The notes: generated from the sequence alone by a model not told the origin. A stretch of 32,000 bases of DNA from Dickeya solani IPO 2222 (GCF_001644705.1 NZ_CP015137.1:2580001-2612000), one strand, 5' to 3'; positions 1-8,142 are shown, counted from the stretch's first letter. Numbers and translations are program-made.

Positions 1-2
1 AC

Positions 3-731
3 CCGGCCGACAAGGTGGTCGGCGGCGCGTGGCTGGGGCCGATGCCGCAGGTCTGGCTCGGCACCGACAATATCGGGCGCGACCTGTTTTCCCGTTTGGT
101 CTGGGGTACCCGCACCTCGCTGGCGGTGACCGCGCTGGCGGCGGCGCTGGCGTTTGTTCTGGGCACCGGGCTGGGGTTTCTGGCCGGGGTATGCGGCGGC
201 TGGGTCGACCAACTGATTTCCCGCGTTAACGACGTGCTGATGGCGATCCCGACGCTGATTCTGGCGCTGGTGGTGCTGGCGATGCTGCCGAAAAGCACCT
301 TGATCATCATTCTGGTGCTGGGCGTGCTGGAAGCCACCCGCGTGCTGCGTGTTTCGCGCGCGCTGGCGGTGGATGTCGCCACGCAGGAATTCATCGAGGT
401 GGCGCGCATGCGCGGCGAGTCGATGAGCTGGATTCTGTGTCGCGAGATTCTGCCGAATGCGCGCAACACGCTGGTGGCGGAGTTCGCGCTGCGTTTCATC
501 TTCATCCTGCTGTTCCTGTCGGCGTTGTCGTTTCTGGGGCTGGGTATACAGCCGCCGACCGCCGACTGGGGCGGGCTGGCGCGCGATAACAAAGACGGCA
601 TTCTGTTCGGCGTGTGGGCGGCGCTGGTGCCGGGGGCGGCCATCGCCCTGCTGGCGGTGTCGCTCAATGTGGTGGCCGACTGGCTGCTGAGTCGTGACGG
701 GCGTAACTGGCGCGGAGGCCGTGATGAGTGA
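3..731 (+). CDS. ABC transporter permease (DppC/OppC-type inner-membrane component); 5' end lies outside the window
   Basis: The frame stays open back to base 3, so the ORF-track start at 15 is not the true start. It has an LGTDxxGRDxxSR motif followed by several hydrophobic TM stretches, typical of peptide/nickel-family ABC permeases. The stop at 729-731 overlaps the start region of the downstream ATPase gene. Confidence 0.85.
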   Translation, partial: PADKVVGGAWLGPMPQVWLGTDNIGRDLFSRLVWGTRTSLAVTALAAALAFVLGTGLGFLAGVCGGWVDQLISRVNDVLMAIPTLILALVVLAMLPKSTLIIILVLGVLEATRVLRVSRALAVDVATQEFIEVARMRGESMSWILCREILPNARNTLVAEFALRFIFILLFLSALSFLGLGIQPPTADWGGLARDNKDGILFGVWAALVPGAAIALLAVSLNVVADWLLSRDGRNWRGGRDE

Positions 732-2319
732 GTTGCTGCGGGTCGAACATTTGCGCGTAGTCGCGGGCGGGCGCCCGCTGGTGCAGGACATTAGCTTTGC
801 CCTCAATAAAGGGGAAGTGCTGGGGTTGATTGGCGAGTCCGGCGCGGGCAAGTCCACCATCGGGCAGGCGATTCTCGGCCACTGTCGTCACGGCATGCGT
901 ATCGAAAACGGGCACATTTGGTTTCAGAACGGCGATAAACACAGCGATTTGGCCGCGTTATCGGAGCGGCAGTTACAGCGGGTGCGCGGTGCGCGCATCG
1001 CGTATGTGGCGCAGTCCGCCAGCGCGTCGTTCAACCCGGCGCAGCGCATCGGCGAGCAGGTGATTGAAACCGCGGTGCGCCACGGCGTGCTGTCACGCCA
1101 GCAGGCCATCGCGCGGGCGATCGAACTGTTTGCGCAGTTGTCGCTGCCGGAGCCGCAGGTCTTTTTCCAGCGCTATCCGCATCAGGTATCCGGCGGGCAG
1201 TTGCAGCGGGCGATGATCGCGATGGCGATGTGCGCTGGCCCCGATCTGATCATTTTCGACGAACCGACCACCGCGCTGGACGTGACTACCCAGCTCGGGG
1301 TGCTCAATGCTATCGATGAGATTATCCGCCTGACCGGCGTGGCGGCGTTGTATATCAGTCACGATCTGGCGGTGGTGGCGCAAATCAGTCACCGCATTAT
1401 GGTGCTGCGTCACGGCCGTCAGGTGGAAACCGGCGATACCGAGTCGTTGCTGGCAAACCCTGGCGAAGCGTACACCCGTGCGCTGCTGCAGGCGCGCGGC
1501 GAACCCAAAGCGCCGCAACCGGCAACCGACGACATCCTGCTGGATATCCGCCATCTCGGCGCGCGTTACCAGCAGCAACCGGTATTGCAGGACGTGTCGC
1601 TACAACTGGCGCGCGGACGCACGCTGGCGGTGATCGGCGAATCCGGCTCTGGTAAATCGACACTCGGGCGTACCCTGTGCGGGCTGCTGGCCCCGGCGGG
1701 CGGTGATATTCGGTTAAATGGCGACGCCTTGCCGCCGCGACTGGCGCAACGCAACCGCGCCCAGTTGCAATCGATCCAGATGATTCACCAGCACCCGGAT
1801 ACCGCGCTCAACCCGCGCCTGCCGATCGACGTGCAGATTGAACGGGCGATGGTGTGCCTGACCCAACTGGACGCCGTAGCGCGCCGCTCGCGCGTGAGCG
1901 ACCTACTGCATCAGGTCGGATTACCGCCGGAAATGGCGCAGCGTTATCCCACCGCGCTGTCCGGCGGTCAAAAACAGCGGGTATGCATCGCCCGCGCGCT
2001 GGCGGCGCAGCCGTCGCTTATCGTCTGCGATGAACCGACATCGGCGCTGGACCCGCTGGTGGCGCGCGAGGTGCTCGCGCTGTTGCGTCAGATCCAGCAG
2101 GAAACCGGCGTCGCCTACCTGTTCATCACCCACGATTTACATGTAGTGCGGGAAGTGGCCGACACCGTGGCGGTGCTGCGACACGGCCGCATAGTCCGGC
2201 AGGGGCCGGTGAGCGAAACACTGTCGCCGCCGCTGGACGACTACACGCAGCAACTACTGCTGGCGGTGCCGGAAATGCGCTGCGGCTGGCTGCGGGACGT
2301 GATGGAGCGGGCGCTGTGA
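724..2319 (+). CDS. ABC transporter ATP-binding protein with two fused ATPase cassettes (DppD/DppF-like, GsiA-type architecture)
   Basis: It has two Walker A motifs (GESGAGKST, GESGSGKST), two ABC signatures (VSGGQLQR, LSGGQKQR) and two Walker B motifs (LIIFDEPT, LIVCDEPT). I chose the start at ATG 724 (MSELLRVEHL), preceded by GGAGG at 714-718, rather than the track start at 694. Confidence 0.9.
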   Translation: MSELLRVEHLRVVAGGRPLVQDISFALNKGEVLGLIGESGAGKSTIGQAILGHCRHGMRIENGHIWFQNGDKHSDLAALSERQLQRVRGARIAYVAQSASASFNPAQRIGEQVIETAVRHGVLSRQQAIARAIELFAQLSLPEPQVFFQRYPHQVSGGQLQRAMIAMAMCAGPDLIIFDEPTTALDVTTQLGVLNAIDEIIRLTGVAALYISHDLAVVAQISHRIMVLRHGRQVETGDTESLLANPGEAYTRALLQARGEPKAPQPATDDILLDIRHLGARYQQQPVLQDVSLQLARGRTLAVIGESGSGKSTLGRTLCGLLAPAGGDIRLNGDALPPRLAQRNRAQLQSIQMIHQHPDTALNPRLPIDVQIERAMVCLTQLDAVARRSRVSDLLHQVGLPPEMAQRYPTALSGGQKQRVCIARALAAQPSLIVCDEPTSALDPLVAREVLALLRQIQQETGVAYLFITHDLHVVREVADTVAVLRHGRIVRQGPVSETLSPPLDDYTQQLLLAVPEMRCGWLRDVMERAL

Positions 2320-2423
2320 TTATCAGGTTCTTTTTGCCTTGCGCGCTATATGTTGAAGGATATACTTGGACTGGCTTTTTTACATGGGCTTTATGACTAT
2401 CTCAGCGAACAAGGAGTGTTTTT

Positions 2424-2903
2424 ATGTCACATCTAATTTATTTGACGCTAGAGGGGAACCAGCAGGGATTAATTTCCTCTGGTTGTTCAACATTTGACTC
2501 TATTGGAAATCGTTATCAAAGCGGACATGAGGATCAGATTCAGGTATTAGGGTTAAGTCATTCTATAACCAGAGAAGAGAATATAGCTCACCATCCTATA
2601 CAATTAATTAAGCCAATAGATAAATCATCGCCGTTGCTTGGCATGTCTATAACATCGAATGAGCGACTTACAGCTAAATTCTTTTTTTACAGAACAAATC
2701 TTGCTGGGCAATTAGAGGTTTTTTATGAGTTGAAATTAGTAGATGCAAGAATCGTAGATGTATCATCTTCTTATCCTCATGCTATTAATAACAATGAAAC
2801 CTTACCGTATGAAGTGATTAGGTTAAAGTATAAATCAATAGAGTGGTCCCATAAAACGGCGGGAACGTCTGGATATAGTATATGGAATGAGAGTGATGAA
2901 TGA
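2424..2903 (+). CDS. hcp: Hcp (TssD) family type VI secretion tube/chaperone protein; orphan copy with no other T6SS core genes in the window
   Basis: The 159-aa length and the N-terminus IYLTLEGNQQGLISSGCSxxDSIGNRYQSGHEDQI, then KPIDKSSPLL and a C-terminal AGTSGYSIW, match enterobacterial Hcp proteins as I recall them. AAGGAG lies upstream of the ATG. The gene sits in an AT-rich islet. Confidence 0.85.
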   Translation: MSHLIYLTLEGNQQGLISSGCSTFDSIGNRYQSGHEDQIQVLGLSHSITREENIAHHPIQLIKPIDKSSPLLGMSITSNERLTAKFFFYRTNLAGQLEVFYELKLVDARIVDVSSSYPHAINNNETLPYEVIRLKYKSIEWSHKTAGTSGYSIWNESDE

Positions 2904-2993
2904 TTTTGTGACGGATTTTTTATATATTGTATAAGGCTATTCAGCGTGTGATTAAAAATAAAAGGATTTAATTAGGGGTAAAGGGAGGTAAGG

Positions 2994-3593
2994 ATGGATA
3001 TCAAAGAAGGCCTTTTTACCTTTAATGCTGAAGGTGATGATATACCTAATAGTCTCTATTTTTCAAGAAAGATCCATTGGCCTGGGAACCCGGCTATTTG
3101 TAAAGATATCGCATCTGGCGTAACGATAGGAAGAGGATTCGACCTTGGTCAAAGAACTCAGTCTGAATCATATTATCATCTGATGAGTGCAGGTATTCCA
3201 CAAGAGAAGGCAATGATGATCTCGGAAGGTTCAGGGATGCATGGATGTGAAGCATCAGATTTTGTTACTCGGAATAGGGATAAAATTGGTGAAATAACTC
3301 ATTTTCAGCAAGCTAATTTATTTAAGATATCATTTCCTTCATATATTACAAGGGCCAGAGGGTTTTATAACAGATATAAAAACTCTAATACTGTGTCTTG
3401 GGATAATATGGATGAAAGGATGAGGGATATATTTATTGATATGATATATCAGGGATCGATGAGAATTAGATATGTTTCTTTTTTTGAAGAGAACAACCCT
3501 GATGCTGTTATCTCGCTGATAAAAAACACATCCAGTTTGGCTGCTTATGACAAAAGTAGAAAAAGAGTGATTTACTTAAAGGGGGAGAAATGA
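2994..3593 (+). CDS. Candidate Hcp-associated T6SS effector with a lysozyme-fold, pesticin C-terminus-like muramidase domain
   Basis: The gene lies directly downstream of hcp with a GGGAGG RBS. An N-terminal acidic residue in FNAEG is followed about 30 aa later by SGVTIGRGFDLGQR. This is the E...(S)GVTIGxGxDLG pattern I associate with pesticin-type/T4-lysozyme-like muramidases. Later FKISFPSYITRARGFY and IDMIYQG segments resemble that family. There is no signal peptide, consistent with T6SS delivery. The coding call is solid; the functional call is moderate. Confidence 0.55.
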   Translation: MDIKEGLFTFNAEGDDIPNSLYFSRKIHWPGNPAICKDIASGVTIGRGFDLGQRTQSESYYHLMSAGIPQEKAMMISEGSGMHGCEASDFVTRNRDKIGEITHFQQANLFKISFPSYITRARGFYNRYKNSNTVSWDNMDERMRDIFIDMIYQGSMRIRYVSFFEENNPDAVISLIKNTSSLAAYDKSRKRVIYLKGEK

Positions 3594-3970
3594 GGATTCT
3601 ATTTTTTGTTCTTTTGCTTTTTTCATTTGAATCCTACGCAAATGACATTCAGTCTTGTTATGAAAAAAAGGTAACGGCATATATTCAGAGTTGTATGGAG
3701 GTATTAGCTCAAGATGAGAATAAGAAATACAATGACGAATATGATAAATTTATCAAGAGTATTCGCAGTGAAGACTTAGCTAATTATAGTGATTTTATTG
3801 AATCAATTGCTAATTCTAAATTATTTTGGGATAAATATATTGCCAGTGAGTGCAGAGCTGAAGGTTTGTTAAATATAAAAGACTCTCCTGCCTACCATAT
3901 TGCATATAGTGAGTGTTTGGTTAAAGCTTACAGAATCAGGGTGATGTTTTATAAAAAATATCCATTTTGA
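3590..3970 (+). CDS. Candidate cognate immunity protein; periplasmic DUF1311 (LprI lysozyme-inhibitor-like) four-cysteine protein
   Basis: The ATG overlaps the effector stop (ATGA at 3590-3593). The Sec signal MRILFFVLLLFSFESYA|ND is followed by four Cys (CYEK...SCMEV...SECRAEG...SECLVKAY) and a FWDKYIASEC segment, fitting the DUF1311 pattern as I recall it. Confidence 0.55.
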   Translation: MRILFFVLLLFSFESYANDIQSCYEKKVTAYIQSCMEVLAQDENKKYNDEYDKFIKSIRSEDLANYSDFIESIANSKLFWDKYIASECRAEGLLNIKDSPAYHIAYSECLVKAYRIRVMFYKKYPF

Positions 3971-4096
3971 TTTTTTGGGTAAGAGAATAAATGAAGACTC
4001 TTCTGGTGTTGTGGGATGTTATATACCCAGAATCATTCGAGTTGTGTTTGCCCTTTAGGGCAAGGCTCATTACGAGCCTTGTAATGCAGCGATGCC

Positions 4097-4831
4097 TTAC
4101 CCCTGCGCCGGAAACGGAGGCAGTTGTCGAAAAGTATGCAATAGTCCTTCCGACCAGGCTTTGCGAATGGCGACGAAGTAAGGGTCGTTTTCGGTGATGC
4201 GGCGCTGTTCGCTGGCATCAAAGCTGCCGTTGCGATAAATCATCACGTCCAGCGGCAGGCCGACCGAGAGATTGCTGCGCAGCGTGGAGTCGATGGAAAT
4301 CAGCGCGCAGCACATCGCCTGTTCCAGCGAGGTGTCCGCCGTCAGTACCCGGTCGATAATCGGTTTGCCGTACTTACTTTCGCCGATCTGAAAGTAGGGG
4401 GTGTCGACGGTGGCTTCGATAAAGTTGCCTTCCGGGTAGATGTGAAACAGCCGCGGCGTTTCGTCGCCAATTTGCCCGCCCAGCAGCAGGTTGCAGCCGA
4501 AATTGGTGCTGCTGCCGTTTTGCTGCGCCTGGCTGTCACGGTGGATTATCTCTCGCACCGTTTCTCCCACCAGCGTGGCGGCGTCGTACAGCGTGCTGAC
4601 CTGCATCAGGTTCGGCGTGTGCTGGGCCTGTATGCGGGCGTTCAGCAGGCTGATGATGCTCTGGGTGGTGGCGAGATTGCCGGCGGACTGGAGCACCAGC
4701 ACCCGTTCGCCTTCCTGACGGAACACATAGAGCTTTCTGAAGGTTGCGATGTGGTCGACCCCCGCGTTGGTGCGGGAGTCGGAAGCAAAGACCAGCCCGT
4801 CAGACAGACGCATGGCCACACAGTAGGTCAT
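4097..4831 (-). CDS. Anbu-type proteasome beta-subunit-like peptidase (Ntn hydrolase)
   Basis: The N-terminus MTYCVAMRLSDGLVFASDSRTNAG places Thr2 as the expected N-terminal nucleophile. The length of about 244 aa fits. It is the last gene of the conserved cpATP-grasp/alpha-E/transglutaminase/peptidase operon. Confidence 0.85.
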   Translation of the reverse strand: MTYCVAMRLSDGLVFASDSRTNAGVDHIATFRKLYVFRQEGERVLVLQSAGNLATTQSIISLLNARIQAQHTPNLMQVSTLYDAATLVGETVREIIHRDSQAQQNGSSTNFGCNLLLGGQIGDETPRLFHIYPEGNFIEATVDTPYFQIGESKYGKPIIDRVLTADTSLEQAMCCALISIDSTLRSNLSVGLPLDVMIYRNGSFDASEQRRITENDPYFVAIRKAWSEGLLHTFRQLPPFPAQG

Positions 4832-4860
4832 ACAACACCTTTTGAGTTAAACAGTGCTCA

Positions 4861-5682
4861 CTATTGCTGCTGTTGCGCCTGCTGCTGTCGCTCAAACAGG
4901 CTCACCTCAGCCTCGGAAAACATCTCTTCATCGCCGCCGCCGAGGCGGCTGCCGCGCACCGGGCAGGCATCCAGATAGTCCATCCCCACCGCCAGCCGTA
5001 AGTGCTGATTGAGCTGGCGGGTGTTGTTGGTGATGTCAAAACTGTACCAGCGTTCGTTCAGCCAGGCTTCGGCCCAGGCGTGCATCGCCACGTGCTCGGT
5101 ATCCCGGCTGTAAACGTAGCCGCTGACGTAGCGCGCCGGAATGCGCAGGCTGCGGCAGCAGGCCAAAAATACATGGGTATGATCCTGACACACCCCTTTG
5201 CCTTTGGCAAAAGCCGCCGATGCGGTGTCGTGCACCCGGGTGGCGCCGGGAGTATACGGCATTTTCAACCGCAATTCCGCCATCAGCGCCGCCAGGCTGC
5301 CCGCCGGATCGGCCTCGTGGTAATAACGCCGGGCGAACTCGCGGATCGACTCGTCGGCCTCGGTCAGTTCGGTACTGCGCAGGAACACCAGCGGCGACAG
5401 CGACTCGTCGCTCTCCTCGGGCAGCTCTTCTACATTATCGGCGATTTCCACCACACCCTGAGCGTGGATCAGAATGTCGTGATGAGGATGGTCCAGCGTC
5501 AGCACGTGCATCAGGTTGCCGTAGGCGTCGGTGGTGGCGACCGCCGAGGCCGGCAGAGTCAGCTTCCAGTCGCGGATGCGCTGGCGAGCGGAACTCTGCG
5601 GCGTAAGCCGCAGGTACTGGGTGCTGAACTTCACTTCTTCATCGTAACGATAGTGGGTCAGGTGATTGATGGTGAGTTTCAT
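4861..5682 (-). CDS. Transglutaminase-family protein (Bact_transglu_N plus transglutaminase-like cysteine protease core)
   Basis: The N-terminus MKLTINHLTHYRYDEEV is typical of the Bact_transglu_N domain. The catalytic-Cys context is GKGVCQDHTHVF, with downstream H and D residues. The start overlaps the alpha-E stop (ATGA). Confidence 0.9.
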   Translation of the reverse strand: MKLTINHLTHYRYDEEVKFSTQYLRLTPQSSARQRIRDWKLTLPASAVATTDAYGNLMHVLTLDHPHHDILIHAQGVVEIADNVEELPEESDESLSPLVFLRSTELTEADESIREFARRYYHEADPAGSLAALMAELRLKMPYTPGATRVHDTASAAFAKGKGVCQDHTHVFLACCRSLRIPARYVSGYVYSRDTEHVAMHAWAEAWLNERWYSFDITNNTRQLNQHLRLAVGMDYLDACPVRGSRLGGGDEEMFSEAEVSLFERQQQAQQQQ

Positions 5683-6608
5683 AGCGCCTCCAGGTAGGTG
5701 TGACGGATGCTGTCAGCCAGTTCGTTGATTTTGATGAGGAAACGGTTGAGATAGTTTTGCAGGTCGTCGGCCAGTACGTCGTCGAGCGAGCCGAAGCGCA
5801 GTTCCACGTGCAGTAAATGGGCCAGCCGCTGTGGGATGCGCGCCCGTTCGCTGCCGATCATCTCCAGTTGTTGCACCAGATCGCCCACGCAGGCGTGCAG
5901 CGAGCGCGGCACGTCGTTGCGCAGCACCAGCAGTTCGGTGACGGTTTCCCGGCTGATGGGCTGGCGATAAATGCTGTGGTAGGCCTCGCGGGCGCTCACC
6001 GCGCGCAGCAGGGTATCGAGCCGGTAGTATTCACGCACCGGGTCTGGGTCGTTGTTGAGCTGTTGATCCTTGATCGTCAGCAACTGCGCGGTAGCAAACG
6101 CCCGTTCTATCAGGGTGCCGATGCGGATAAAACACTGGGCGTCGTTGCGCAGTAACGTGCCGAACATGGCGCCGCGAAACAGGTGCGCGCGCTCTTTTAC
6201 CCAGTCGAAGAACGCATCAATACCGATCTTGTCCACCCCGGACTGGCGCAGGTTGCGGATATCAATACGGGTGGTGTTGATGCATTCCCACACTTCGGAC
6301 GACAGGCTACCGCGTACCGCGTGGGCGTTGTTCCAGGCCATTTCGATGCAACTGTAGATGCTGCTGGGGTTGTGGCTGTCCAGCGCAAAGAAGTTCAGCA
6401 GGTTGTTCATGGTGAAGCGGGCGTAGCGCTCCTGAAACAGCTCATGGGTGAACGTCAGATTGAGCGGCAGCGATAGGTCATGTTGCTGCTGACCGTGGCG
6501 CGGCATCATCGACAGTTTGTAGGTGACGTCCAGCACGCGGGCAAAACTTTCCGCCCGTTCCAGATAACGGGCCATCCAGTACAGTTCGCTGGCGGTACGG
6601 CTTAGCAT
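5679..6608 (-). CDS. Alpha-E domain protein
   Basis: The N-terminus MLSRTASELYWMARYLERAE is the hallmark start of alpha-E domain proteins. The protein is all-helical-looking and 309 aa long. Its start overlaps the upstream gene stop by 7 nt (ATGCTAA). Confidence 0.85.
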   Translation of the reverse strand: MLSRTASELYWMARYLERAESFARVLDVTYKLSMMPRHGQQQHDLSLPLNLTFTHELFQERYARFTMNNLLNFFALDSHNPSSIYSCIEMAWNNAHAVRGSLSSEVWECINTTRIDIRNLRQSGVDKIGIDAFFDWVKERAHLFRGAMFGTLLRNDAQCFIRIGTLIERAFATAQLLTIKDQQLNNDPDPVREYYRLDTLLRAVSAREAYHSIYRQPISRETVTELLVLRNDVPRSLHACVGDLVQQLEMIGSERARIPQRLAHLLHVELRFGSLDDVLADDLQNYLNRFLIKINELADSIRHTYLEAL

Positions 6609-8041
6609 GATTCATCCTCCTCCATCACCCAGGTATCTTTGGTGCCGCCTCCTTGCGAGGAGTTCACCACCAGCGAGCCTTCGGTCAGCGCGACGCGGGT
6701 CAGCCCGCCGGGCACCAGCCGGATCTCCTCGCCGTACAGCGCGAACGGGCGCAGGTCGATATGGCGCGGCGCCAGCCCTTCCTCGACGAACGTCGGGCAG
6801 GTGGAGAGCGCCAGCGTGTCCTGAGCGATGTAATTGCCGGGGTTAGCCAGCAGCCGCTGGCGGAAATCCTCGATTTGCTGGCGGGTGGATTTGGGGCCGA
6901 CCAGCATGCCGTAGCCGCCCGCGCCGTGAACCTCTTTCACCACCATGCTGTCCAGATGGGCCAGCACGTAGCCGAGATCGTCGGGTTTGCGGCACTGCCA
7001 GGTAGGGATGTTGCCGAGAATCGGCTCCTCGGACAGGTAAAAGCGGATCATCTCCGGCACATAAGGGTAGATGGATTTGTCGTCCGCCACGCCGGTGCCG
7101 ATGGCGTTCGCCAGCACTACGCCGCCGGCGCGGTACACCGACAGCAGCCCCGGCACGCCGAGCATCGAATTAGCGCGGAACGCCAGCGGGTCGAGGAAGG
7201 CATCGTCAAGGCGGCGGTAGATCACGTCCACCCGGTACGGACCTTCGGTAGTGCGCATGTACACCGCGCCTTCCTTCACGAACAGGTCGGCGCTTTCCAC
7301 CAGTTCCACCCCCATTTGCTGGGCGAGGAAGCTGTGCTCGAAATAGGCGCTGTTGAAGCGGCCCGGCGTCATTACCACTACCGTCGGGTCGTCGACATGG
7401 GTGCTTTCCCGCAGCGTCTGCAACAGGTAGCTGGGGTAACGCTCCACCGGTGCGATGTGCTGGCTGGCGAACAGGTCCGGATAGAGCCGCATCATCATCT
7501 TGCGGTTTTCCAACATGTAGGACACGCCGGATGGCGTGCGCAAATTGTCCTCCAGCACGTAATAGTGGCCGTCGCTGTTGCGCACCATATCGATGCCGGT
7601 GATGTGGGCGTAGATATTGTTGTGCAGGTCGACGCCCTGCATGCACGGCTGATATTGCTCGTTGGCGAGTACCTGTTCGCGCGGCACGATGCCGGCGTTG
7701 AGAATGTGTTGCTGATGGTAGATATCGTAGAGGAAGGCGTTGAGAGCTTTGACCCGCTGGCGGATGCCGAGGTCGAGCATACGCCATTCATGGGCCGGGA
7801 TGATGCGCGGCACGCTGTCAAAAGGAATCAGGCGCTCGGTGCCGCCTTCTTCGCCATACACGTTAAAGGTAATCCCCACCCGGTGGAACAGCAGTTCCGC
7901 CTGTTCTTTCTTCTGGCGGATGGCGTGCTGGTCGGTCTGTTGCAGCCATTGCCAGTAGGCGTCGTAGTGCTGGCGTTGCGAGCCTTCTGCGCTGAGCATC
8001 TCATCGTAGTAAGGCGCGGTCGGAAGCGTCATTTTTATCAT
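6602..8041 (-). CDS. Circularly permuted ATP-grasp type 2 protein (amidoligase-like)
   Basis: The size and conserved blocks (GITFNVYGEEGGTERxIPFD, HITGIDxVR, YVLEDNLRTPSGVSYMLENR, VVLANAIGTGVADDK) match the family. I chose the start at ATG 8041 (MIKMTLPTAPYYDEM), preceded by AGGGGA. The track start at 8242 adds 67 low-complexity residues that look non-coding. Confidence 0.85.
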   Translation of the reverse strand: MIKMTLPTAPYYDEMLSAEGSQRQHYDAYWQWLQQTDQHAIRQKKEQAELLFHRVGITFNVYGEEGGTERLIPFDSVPRIIPAHEWRMLDLGIRQRVKALNAFLYDIYHQQHILNAGIVPREQVLANEQYQPCMQGVDLHNNIYAHITGIDMVRNSDGHYYVLEDNLRTPSGVSYMLENRKMMMRLYPDLFASQHIAPVERYPSYLLQTLRESTHVDDPTVVVMTPGRFNSAYFEHSFLAQQMGVELVESADLFVKEGAVYMRTTEGPYRVDVIYRRLDDAFLDPLAFRANSMLGVPGLLSVYRAGGVVLANAIGTGVADDKSIYPYVPEMIRFYLSEEPILGNIPTWQCRKPDDLGYVLAHLDSMVVKEVHGAGGYGMLVGPKSTRQQIEDFRQRLLANPGNYIAQDTLALSTCPTFVEEGLAPRHIDLRPFALYGEEIRLVPGGLTRVALTEGSLVVNSSQGGGTKDTWVMEEDESC

Positions 8042-8083
8042 TGTCGTCCCCTGCATTCCGCTTGATGGAAGATACAACGAAAA

Positions 8084-8100
8084 ATGCAGAAAGCATGCCA
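8084..8100 (-). promoter_or_regulatory. Sigma54-type -24/-12 promoter candidate for the cpATP-grasp operon
   Basis: The minus strand reads TGGCATGCTTTCTGCAT. GG and GC have exactly the consensus spacing of TGGCAC-N5-TTGCA. The -12 element lies about 45 nt upstream of ATG 8041. Confidence 0.5.
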
Positions 8101-8142
8101 GCGTGGCAAATGAGCTGCTTATTGCTGACGACGGAGAAAAAC

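Noticed and set aside
3991-4221. Two small ORFs (68 aa on the plus strand, 62 aa on the minus strand) sit at the islet/Anbu junction. Two short hairpins (TGCCC-TTTA-GGGCA and AAGGCTC-ATTAC-GAGCCTT) lie at about 4048-4081.
   Set aside because: The ORFs overlap the 3' end of the Anbu gene and lack start signals. The hairpins have no adjoining U-run on either strand, so I could not support a terminator call. They may simply mark the insertion junction.
6653-8065. There are very long ORFs antisense to well-supported genes. Examples are 6653-8065 (+), 9254-10174 (+), 11728-13131 (-), 13228-14517 (-), 21580-23532 (+), 24845-26365 (+) and 26985-27722 (-), with many shorter ones.
   Set aside because: Each lies opposite a gene with strong family motifs (ATP-grasp, pyrB, PTS EIIC, GH1, valS, pepA, lptF). 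Their translations are Arg/Ala/Gly/His/Gln-rich low-complexity strings without motifs. This is the usual stop-codon-poor antisense frame of GC-rich DNA.
8104-8120. A second sigma54-like motif, TGGCAAATGAGCTGCTT, lies on the plus strand, back-to-back with the minus-strand one.
   Set aside because: It points toward the 3' end of ridA (antisense) with no plausible plus-strand gene downstream. The -12 element CTGCTT is a poorer match. It is most likely a chance match, although antisense transcription cannot be excluded without RNA data.
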